From: Myxococcota bacterium
GTDB taxonomy: Bacteria > Myxococcota_A > Polyangia > Nannocystales > Nannocystaceae
Direction of reading: 5' to 3'
Length of the DNA: 64,000 bases
Assembly: GCA_039028615.1 (NCBI GenBank)
Contig: JBCCHT010000025.1
Coordinates: 64,001-128,000, forward strand
The position numbers and the translations under genes were made by a program. Below, in pieces: positions 27,752-36,300 of the stretch. The notes under the pieces are model-generated. The model saw nothing but the letters and a program-made list of their open reading frames with translations. It did not search any database and was not told the DNA's origin. Within the stretch, counting starts at the first letter, position 1. Every line of letters starts with the position of its first letter.

Positions 27752-30730
27752 ATGGATGAGCACGGGAGCCTCGAACGCAAGCTCATCCGGGTCGGTCACA
27801 CCCCCGCGGACGAAGACGCCGACGCCGACCGCAAGCGCGGGATCATGGCCCGCATCTTCGGCGATCCGGCGCCGCCGCGTCGCATCGGACGCTTCATCGA
27901 CCTCGGGCTCCTGGGCCACGGCGCCATGGGTACGGTGCGACGGGCTTACGACGAGCACCTGGCCCGCGAGGTCGCGATCAAGGTCATCCGACACCGGTCG
28001 ACCCAAAAACGCCGCGACCGGCTCCTGCGAGAGGCCCAGGCCCTGGGGCAGCTGTCTCACCCGAACGTGGTGCAGGTCTACGAGGTCGGGGAAGTCGGCG
28101 AGGAGATCTTCATCGCGATGGAGCTGGTCGACGGGGTCTCGCTCGAGCAGTGGCAGGGCGAACGTCACGCCTGGCGGGCGTGCCTCGACGTCTACCTGCA
28201 AGCCGGGCGGGGACTCGCCGCCGCCCATGCCAAGGGTCTCATCCACCGCGACTTCAAGCCCGCCAACTGCATCCGCGACACCGAGGGTCGCGTGCGCGTG
28301 CTCGACTTCGGCTTGGTGCGGGCCGTCGACGCTCCGGTGTCTCCAAACGGCCGCCGCCAGAAGCTCGCCGACTCGCTCGATCCCCCGTCGTCGCTGGGAG
28401 GCACGGCCCCCTCCCACCACGGTTCCGGCACGGGCTCGTCCTCGGAGGGGTCGATGCTGGCGGTGCAGCTGACGGCCGACAACGCGGTCGTGGGCACGAT
28501 CGCCTATATGGCCCCCGAGCAGCTCGTCGGTGATGACGCGGACGCGCGGAGCGACCAATTCAGCTTCTGCGTCGCGCTGTACGAGGCGCTGTACGGTCAC
28601 CCACCCTTCGGGAGCAATCCTCAGAGCACCCTCCAAAAATTGGCCATGGGGCAACGGATCAAGCCCGCGACGGCGTCGACGCGGGCCGTTCCCCGCTGGC
28701 TCCACCGGGTGCTCGAGCGAGGCCTGGCCGCCGACCCCAGCGAGCGATGGCCATCGATGAACGCGCTGCTGCAGACGCTGGAGCGCCAGCCGCGGGCCGC
28801 CACCGTGCGACGAGCCTCGGTGTTCACCGCGGTCGTGGCCGCGGTCGGATTTTATGGGGCGTCGGCCTACGGAGAGGCGCAGTGCGACCACGACTCTCGG
28901 CGTGAAGCCTTGTGGGGCGAAGCGCAGCGGCAACACGTCCGCGAGGCCATGCACGCCACCGAGCTCCCGTACGCGGACGAGACCTGGGAGACCATCGACC
29001 GCCAACTTCAGGTCCGCACCACGGCGTGGGCCGACGCCGCACAGAGCGTTTGTCGGGCTAACGAAGCGCGACCGGAGCCCGTCGCCAACTCGGTGCAAGA
29101 CCATTGCCTCGAGCGGGAGCATGACGCCCTCGCGAGCTACGTCGAGCTCGTCTCGGCCTCGAACCCCGACACGGTGCGGTACGCGGTCGACATGGTGGCG
29201 GCCCTGCCCTCGCTGGAGGGCTGCGCCCGGGCCCTCGAGCTCGATGGTCCGCGGGCCATCGCGGGCACGGCCGACTGGGCAACGACCCTCGACGTGGCCC
29301 GCAGCTTGGACCGCGCGCGGCTGCTCGAAGCGGCGGGCCAGCTGGGCGAAGGGCTGTCCATCGCCTCCGATGCCGCCGCTCGGGCCACGGCGCTCGGTCC
29401 CCGCTGGTCGGCCGAGGCACAGCTGGTCGAAGGCCACCTGCTCATGAGCGACCACCAAGCCGAAGCCGCCGAGACCAAGCTCCGCGGCGCGCTCGGACTG
29501 GCGGCGGAGCACGGCTTCACCGATCTGAGGGTCGACTCGGCCGCCACGCTCGGTCATGTGCTCGGGGTCGAGCAGGGCAAGACCCAGGCCGCCATGGAGC
29601 GCCTGGACTCGCTCGAGACGACGCCGGGGATTTCCGATCGCGCCCGGGCCCTGGTGTGGACCCACCGCGGCAACGTGACCTCGAGTCGCGCCGAGTGGTC
29701 CGAGGCGGAAGGCCACTACCGGCAAGCACTGCAGCTGCTGGAGGCCGAACTCGGCCCCTTCGACCTCGGCCTGATCGAGGCCCTGGATGGGCTCGCCACC
29801 GTGCTCCGCAGGCAAGGAAAGCTGGACGCCGCCCTCGAGTTCCGAGCACGGGCGGTGCAGATCCACGAGCGGCTCCAAGGCGCGGATCATCCGGCCACCG
29901 CGTTCACCCGGGCGAACCAAGCCGCGATCGACCTCGACCAGGGCAACGCTCAGCGGGCAAAGCAAGCGCTCGAAGACGCGATCTCGACCTTGGAGCGGAC
30001 CCTCGGATCGGAGCACGGCGATCTCGCCTCGCCGCACAACACCCTCGCCATGGTCTTCGCCGAGCTCGGCGACCACGCCCGAGCCGAGAGCGAGTTCCTC
30101 ACCGCCATCCGCATCTGGAGCGCAACGAAGGGCCCCGACGACGCGATGGTCGCCCTGGCGCGGTTCAACCTCGGTCACTTCCTGAGCGAGCGCGGCCAGA
30201 CGACCAAAGCCATCGAGCAGCTGAGCGTCGCCGCGGAGATGTTCGACCGCGCCGATCCGTCGGACGCGAGCGTACGGGGCTACGCGCGGGCGCAACGAGT
30301 CCTGGGCAAGGCCCACCGCGCGGCCGGAGACACGGCCAACGCCGACGAGCACTTCCGGCTCGGTCTCGCCAAGCTCCGCCGCCACGGCCTCGAGTTCGAC
30401 CCCATGACCGCTCGCATCCTCAATGGGCTGGGTCGGACCGCGCTTCGACGCGGCGACGCAGCGGAGGCGGCCGACGTGCACCTGCGGGCGGTGAGGGCCT
30501 ACGACGCCCTGCTCGAAGGTGACGAGCGAGACCGGCAGGTCGCACGAACGCGCCTCTACGTGGCCGAGGCGCTCGCGCACCAGCACCAGCGCAGCGACGC
30601 CCTGAAACAAGTCGATCGCGCCATCGCGCTGTACGAGCGGCTGCTCGCCAAAGACGCCTCGTCGGCGGTCGCCCAGCGACGCCTCCGCGAGGCCCGACAG
30701 CTCCGCAGCCGGATCGCCTCCGCGCCCTGA
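27752..30730 (+). CDS. Ser/Thr protein kinase with TM and TPR repeats
   Basis: GHGAMG, VAIK, HRDFKPAN, DFG, GTIAYMAPE; TPR repeats; starts 4 bp after sigma gene. Confidence 0.92.
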   Translation: MDEHGSLERKLIRVGHTPADEDADADRKRGIMARIFGDPAPPRRIGRFIDLGLLGHGAMGTVRRAYDEHLAREVAIKVIRHRSTQKRRDRLLREAQALGQLSHPNVVQVYEVGEVGEEIFIAMELVDGVSLEQWQGERHAWRACLDVYLQAGRGLAAAHAKGLIHRDFKPANCIRDTEGRVRVLDFGLVRAVDAPVSPNGRRQKLADSLDPPSSLGGTAPSHHGSGTGSSSEGSMLAVQLTADNAVVGTIAYMAPEQLVGDDADARSDQFSFCVALYEALYGHPPFGSNPQSTLQKLAMGQRIKPATASTRAVPRWLHRVLERGLAADPSERWPSMNALLQTLERQPRAATVRRASVFTAVVAAVGFYGASAYGEAQCDHDSRREALWGEAQRQHVREAMHATELPYADETWETIDRQLQVRTTAWADAAQSVCRANEARPEPVANSVQDHCLEREHDALASYVELVSASNPDTVRYAVDMVAALPSLEGCARALELDGPRAIAGTADWATTLDVARSLDRARLLEAAGQLGEGLSIASDAAARATALGPRWSAEAQLVEGHLLMSDHQAEAAETKLRGALGLAAEHGFTDLRVDSAATLGHVLGVEQGKTQAAMERLDSLETTPGISDRARALVWTHRGNVTSSRAEWSEAEGHYRQALQLLEAELGPFDLGLIEALDGLATVLRRQGKLDAALEFRARAVQIHERLQGADHPATAFTRANQAAIDLDQGNAQRAKQALEDAISTLERTLGSEHGDLASPHNTLAMVFAELGDHARAESEFLTAIRIWSATKGPDDAMVALARFNLGHFLSERGQTTKAIEQLSVAAEMFDRADPSDASVRGYARAQRVLGKAHRAAGDTANADEHFRLGLAKLRRHGLEFDPMTARILNGLGRTALRRGDAAEAADVHLRAVRAYDALLEGDERDRQVARTRLYVAEALAHQHQRSDALKQVDRAIALYERLLAKDASSAVAQRRLREARQLRSRIASAP

Positions 30731-31226
30731 GCACTACCGCCGACGACGAATCGAGGGCGCAACGGTGAGGCCACCGCTGTGCCCTCGGCTCGTTGGTTCG
30801 CCCTCCTCCAGCCGCGCATCGGCACGCGAAATCGTCGACGAGAAAAAAGATGAAAAAATGTGCGTCAACGCCCGACACTCTCCTCATTCGCGACACTCCC
30901 TAGTTGAAGGGGTCGCGAACCCAGCGACCGGGGGAACCAATGCCAGCGTGGTCTGCCACCGCGGCATGGCATCGAACAATCTGACATCGGGCGACGCGAG
31001 TCGTCTGCGTAGATCGACTGCCCCCTGTCGATGACTTGGATAGACCGTGATTTGGATTAGTGCAGCGTCGCGCCCCTCGAAACGCAGCACCCGTTCCTCG
31101 AGCCGAGACACACGATAGCCCCATTCCTCAATCGATAGCCGTGTGACCTGATGGAAGCCATGGCGCGGGAGATGGTCCCGCGCCGCTTCGAGGCGTTGGT
31201 GCTCGAGCTCGCAAGGACGCGAACTG

Positions 31227-32567
31227 ATGAGCACGAAGGACAACCACAAAACCCCCACTCCCTTCTCGACCATTGCCCGCCATTGCCTCCCCGTAGCTCT
31301 GGCCATCGGTGCTCTCGCTCCCCTCGCCGTGAGTGCCAATGCGCCGGCCGACGACGTCGTCACCATGAGCACGAGCGACACCACCACCTGCGCGTCGACA
31401 GCCTCGGGCAAGGCCAAGTGCTGGGGCGCCAATGATGCCGGCCAGCTCGGTCGGGGCGACACCATGCCCCACGGCGACGACGAGCCGCTCACCGAGCTCG
31501 CCGCCATCGACCTGGACGGGTTCGTCGTGGACGTTCAGACCAACGGGCGACAGACCTTCGCCCTCATCGAGGACGGGCGCGTGTTCGCCTGGGGTGACAA
31601 CGGCAACGGTGAGCTCGGGCTCGGGCACACCCAGACGATGGGCGACGACGAGCCCATCAACGAGACGGAATTCGTGGTCGACCTCGGTGGGGCCGCCGCG
31701 ATACAGCTGGCGGTCGGGGATGGCTTCGCCTGTGCCTTGCTCGAGGACGGCGCCGTGCGGTGCTGGGGTGCCAACGATGTCGGGCAGCTCGGCTACGGCC
31801 ATACGGACACCATCGGCGACGACGAGACCCCCGCGAGCTCGGGCTCGGTGTCGCTGTGGGTCGGCGCCGTCCAGATCACCGCAGGCGCCGACCATGCCTG
31901 CGCGCTGCTCGACAACGGGCACGTGCGCTGCTGGGGGCTCAACGACGCGGGCCAGCTCGGCTACGGCCACACGGACACCATCGGCGACGACGAGCGACCG
32001 GGGGACCGAGGCCCCATCCCGCTGGGGGACGACGGCGTCGTGGAGCTGGTGGCGGGTGAGCGCCACACCTGCGCCCGCTTCGAGACCGGCGGCGTTCGCT
32101 GCTGGGGCGCCAACGAGTTCGGGCAGCTCGGCTATGGCCACACCGACTCCATCGGTGACGACGAGTGCCCCGCCGTGGCGGGCGACGTCGCCATTGGAGC
32201 CCCGATCGTCGCGTTCGACGCTGGTGCGAGGCATACCTGTGCCATCTCGAGCGAGGGCGGCCTGTACTGCTGGGGCGATGGCCTGGACGGGCAACTCGGC
32301 TACGGCACCGACGACGACATCGGTGACGACGAGTCGCCGCAAATGGCCGGTAGCCTCGATCTGCAGGGGCACCTCGCGACGTCCGTGTTCATCGGCCCGA
32401 CCGCGTCGTCGACCTGTGTGCGGCTCGAGGACGGCCACGTGCGCTGCTGGGGTCTGAACGACCTGGGTCAACTCGGCTATGCCGACACCGAGACGCGGGG
32501 AAACACACCTTCGACCACGCCCGGCCGAATTCCCGACGTGGTCGTGGCCGACGACGACGATGACTAG
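31227..32567 (+). CDS. Secreted RCC1-repeat beta-propeller protein
   Basis: Signal peptide ending SANA; seven CWGxNxxGQLGYG-type repeats, six with GDDE inserts. Confidence 0.9.
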   Translation: MSTKDNHKTPTPFSTIARHCLPVALAIGALAPLAVSANAPADDVVTMSTSDTTTCASTASGKAKCWGANDAGQLGRGDTMPHGDDEPLTELAAIDLDGFVVDVQTNGRQTFALIEDGRVFAWGDNGNGELGLGHTQTMGDDEPINETEFVVDLGGAAAIQLAVGDGFACALLEDGAVRCWGANDVGQLGYGHTDTIGDDETPASSGSVSLWVGAVQITAGADHACALLDNGHVRCWGLNDAGQLGYGHTDTIGDDERPGDRGPIPLGDDGVVELVAGERHTCARFETGGVRCWGANEFGQLGYGHTDSIGDDECPAVAGDVAIGAPIVAFDAGARHTCAISSEGGLYCWGDGLDGQLGYGTDDDIGDDESPQMAGSLDLQGHLATSVFIGPTASSTCVRLEDGHVRCWGLNDLGQLGYADTETRGNTPSTTPGRIPDVVVADDDDD

Positions 32568-32622
32568 CCCCTAGCCACCGCAAAGGCACCCGCGCCGCGG
32601 CCGAAGGCGTATGATCCACACC

Positions 32623-33240
32623 ATGGCCAGCGACACCGAGCTGCTCACCGCATGGCGCAACGGTGACGGCACTCATGGCCAGGAACTTTGTCTGCGGTAC
32701 ATCGACGCGGTCGCCCGCTTCTTCGCCAACAAGCTCGGCGACCAGACCAACGACCTCGTCCAGGAGACGTTCAAGGCGCTCGTGGAGGGGCGAGACCGGA
32801 TCAGCGACGACACTCGCTTCCGCTCCTATCTGTTCGGCATCGCCTACAACGTGCTCAAGCAGCACCTCAAGCGACGCTATCGCGCCCCCGAGGACCTCCA
32901 ATCTCGCTCGCTCCAAGACCTCGCGCCGGGCGTCGAGACCATCCTCCGGGGCGCCGAGCAGCTGCGCCTGCTCAAGGCGGCCCTGCGTCGCATCCCGCTG
33001 CAGCACCAAGTCGCGCTCGAGCTGCGTCACTGGGAAGAGCTCTCCAGTGCGGAGATCGGCGAAGTCCTCGGGGTGGCCCCCTCGACCGTCCGTACCAACC
33101 TGGGTCGAGCTCGAACCCTGCTCGAGGCCGAGCTCGAGAAGGAGACGACCCACCTCGAGGCGGTCCAGAGCACCATCTCCAATCTCGACGCGTGGGCCGA
33201 AGAGCTCCGCGACGTCGTGAACCAGGGCAAGGCTTCGTAG
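32623..33240 (+). CDS. ECF RNA polymerase sigma factor, paralog of 27118
   Basis: ELLTAWRNGD, DLVQETF, FRSYLFGIA, LSSAEIGEVLGVAPSTVRTNLGRAR; alternative start 32611. Confidence 0.92.
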   Translation: MASDTELLTAWRNGDGTHGQELCLRYIDAVARFFANKLGDQTNDLVQETFKALVEGRDRISDDTRFRSYLFGIAYNVLKQHLKRRYRAPEDLQSRSLQDLAPGVETILRGAEQLRLLKAALRRIPLQHQVALELRHWEELSSAEIGEVLGVAPSTVRTNLGRARTLLEAELEKETTHLEAVQSTISNLDAWAEELRDVVNQGKAS

Positions 33241-33246
33241 CGCCCG

Positions 33247-33284
33247 AAAAAACGCGGCCTTCGTCGCCGAAGGCCGCGTCCTTT
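33247..33284. terminator. Intrinsic terminator between convergent genes, likely bidirectional
   Basis: Perfect 12-bp stem ACGCGGCCTTCG/CGAAGGCCGCGT, A6 on the left, CCTTT on the right. Confidence 0.8.
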
Positions 33285-33303
33285 CGTGGGTGCTCCGCCC
33301 GCG

Positions 33304-36300
33304 CTAGCGGTTGAGGCCCAGGTCCTTGCGCAGCTTCAGGTACGGGATGCTGACGCTATAGCCGACCAGGTCGCGGATGCGGTCCTTGAACGGCACCGCC
33401 ATGCCCTCGTCGCCCTGCTGGGTCAGCACGCGCGCGGAGGCGTCGATGCTGTCGCAGAGCACGAAGCCAGCGCGACCGGCCGTGTACGCGACGCCCTGCA
33501 CCCAGCCCTTGAGATCGGGCTCGCCCTTGTCGAGCACCTTGCGGGCGAGGGTCCCGAGCTGATCGACCTGCGCCGGGGTCATGAACTTGCCCAGGTGCTT
33601 GGCGAGGCGCTCGGCCTCGGCGTTGGAGTCGGGCGGCGCCTCCATGCCGGCCAGGACCGCGGCCCCGTAGAACACGTGCCGCAGGCTGACGATGGAGGGC
33701 AGCACGGAGGCGAGGACGTGCCCGGGGCGAACCCGCGAGATGGCGCCCGCGGCCCGGAACTTGAGGCCGACCTCGCTCTGGTCGATGAGGGTGTCACGCC
33801 CGGCGAGCACGGTGGGGAACACCCGCCGCCGATCGCCTTCACCGTCGCACAGGGCGTCGATCCGTAGGCCGCCCGGCTCTTTGCGTCGCGCGAAGTAGTC
33901 GGGCGCGGGCACTTCGTAGATCTGCGCGGCGTAGGCGAGGTAGCGCGCCAGCGGATCCTGCGACTTCATGCTGAGCTTGGCCCGCTGGTCTCGCTCGATG
34001 GAGTGATGGGCGTGGGTGTGCCCCTCGCGAGCGGCGACCATCGGCCACACGATGGAGAAGATCTCGGTGATCCGAGGATCTTGGAGCGGGTGGTACAGGT
34101 TCTTGCGCCACTGCTCGCGGTTGACGACGCTACGGATCTGCGGCTCCTTTTCCGCGACGGCGTCGGCAAGGGCCTGCTCGGCTTCGTTGGCCTGCTTGAG
34201 GAAGGCCAAGGTCCGCGCGACGGAGGTGGCGCGCGTTCGGTTGCCTCGCTTTTCGTACAGCTCGACCAACCGGTGGTAGACGGAAAACTCCATCGGGTCG
34301 TCGTTGATCAGGGCATGCGCCTGCGAGATGGCCTTGTCGACCTCGTCGGAGCCGAGCGAGATCGCCAGGTCCATGATCTTCACGCGGCGCTGGCGGGCCT
34401 GCGGGTCCTTGTCGGAGCCGAAGCGCACCGCCTGCGAGAACGCAGCCAAGGCCGTCTTGGCGTCGCCGAGCTTCTCCTCGTAGACCTCGCCCAAGCGAGC
34501 GAAGAGCTCGACGCGGTCCTTCTTGGGCGCGTCCTTGGGCAGCGACTTGAGCCGGCCGCGGAGGTGCTTGGCCAGCTCCTTCCAGGCGCCCTTCTTCTCG
34601 AGCTGGTCGGCGATGCCGCGGAAGGCCTTGACGTGCATGGGGTCGGCCTCGAGCACGCGGCGAGCCCACGCGACGAAGCCGTCGGAGTCGGCGAGCTGGT
34701 CGCGGAAGATCGCCGCCCCCGCGTAGAGGTACTTGGCCCGCATCGAGTCGGCGTCCTGGGCGTCGACGAGCAAGTCGAGCACCCGGGTGACGTCGCGCCA
34801 GCGACCCGCCTTGGTGAACGCGCTGAGCAGCTCGTGCAGCACGGCGGGATCGGTGGGCCCCATCTCCATGATGACCTCGAGGGTCCGCGCCGCGTCCTCG
34901 GGCGCTTCGAGCTCGGTGGTCTGGATCTGGGCGATCTCCTTGAGCAGGGCGATGCGCTCGTCGTGGACCGCGGCCTGCTCTTCGCCGTCGAGCTTGGCCC
35001 CGCGCTTGGCGAGCAGCTCGGCCAGCCGTTGCTTGGCCTTGACCCGACCGGCCGCGTCCTCGGCCAGCTCGACGAGCTTGTCGATGGCGGCCCGGTTCTC
35101 GCCGTCGATGTCGAGCGAGCGCTCGACCAGCTGCACGGCCTTGGGTCGCTCGCCCATGCCCATGCGCGCGGTGGCCATGAGCAGGTAGGTCTGCGAAAGC
35201 TCGGCCGGGGCGATCTTGTCGGCCCCGCCCAGCACGACGGACTGGTAGCTCTTGAGCGCGTCTTCCCAGCGCTCGGCGTTCATGTCGATCTCACCGAGCA
35301 GGCGTAGGACGTCGAAGTTGGTGGCGTCGGCATTGCGCGCCTTCTCGAGGTACTCGCGCGCGCGGTCGGGCTGCTCGACGGCCAGGGCACAGCGCCCGGC
35401 GACCGACAGCGCGCGCACGTTGAGCGCCTTGTCGTCGCGGGCCTGCGAGCGGACCTGAGCGACCCAGGTCTGCGCGATGGGCCAGGCCCGCACCATGTCG
35501 CCCTCGGCCACGAGGTGGTCGACGAGCATGCCCGTCGCCTCGCGGTGGTCGGGGTCGAACTCGACGAGCTCTTCGAGCAGGGTCAGCCCCTTCTCGGGCT
35601 GGCCCAGGGTCTCGAGATAGACCTTGGCCGCGTCGAAGAGCAGCGAGACCTTCTCGGCCCGGTTGGGGTGAGCCCGACCGGCGGACACCTGGGCGACGAT
35701 GGCCTTGAGCGGCTGGTCCTGCTGCCGGTAGAGGTCACGCAGCGCGAGCCAGGCGTCGTAGAGCGAGGGATCGAGCTCCACCGCCTCTTCGAGCGCCTCG
35801 AGGGCGCCCGCCTGCTTGCCGATCTGCTCGCGCAGCTGGCCACCCCGCCACAGCAGCGCGGCCTTGCGCTTGGGGTCGATGCTGTCGTCGTCGACCTGCT
35901 GGCGAATGAGGGGGCCGGCCTTGTCGAACTGCTCGCGCGCCAGGTAGCGCTCGAGCAGCTGGTCGCGCCAGCGGTGATCCTCGGAGTCCAGGGCGGTCAG
36001 CGCCTCGAGAGCCTCGATGGCGGCGTCCTCGTCGGCGAAGCTGCCCTCCTTGCGCAGGTCGAAGACCTTGCTCCACGCGTCCACGCGCACGGAGGTGTCG
36101 GCGTCCTTGCTGCCGCCGGCCCGCATGAGCAGGGCGCTGAGGTCGTCGAAGCGATCGTCGCGTCGGTACCAGCGCTCGAGGGCCTCTGCCGCCTCGCGCA
36201 CGACCTCGTGCTCGAAGCCGAGCAGCTCCACCACGCGCTCGCGAGCGGTGGCCGCCCGGGGCTTGCCGTCGGGCTCGGCGTCGAGGTGCCGCGCCTGCTC

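Noticed and set aside
30712..30737. GATCG...CACTAC near-match to the sRNA promoter motif
   Set aside because: Spacer is one nt short, only short blocks match and it overlaps the kinase stop region; could be chance
30884..31507. 207-aa minus-strand ORF upstream of and overlapping the RCC1 gene
   Set aside because: First half is antisense to RCC1; the remainder has no motif or clear start
31780..32170. Near-identical DNA repeats at regular spacing (cagctcggctacggcca...catcggcgacgacgag)
   Set aside because: In-frame RCC1 blade repeats, not CRISPR
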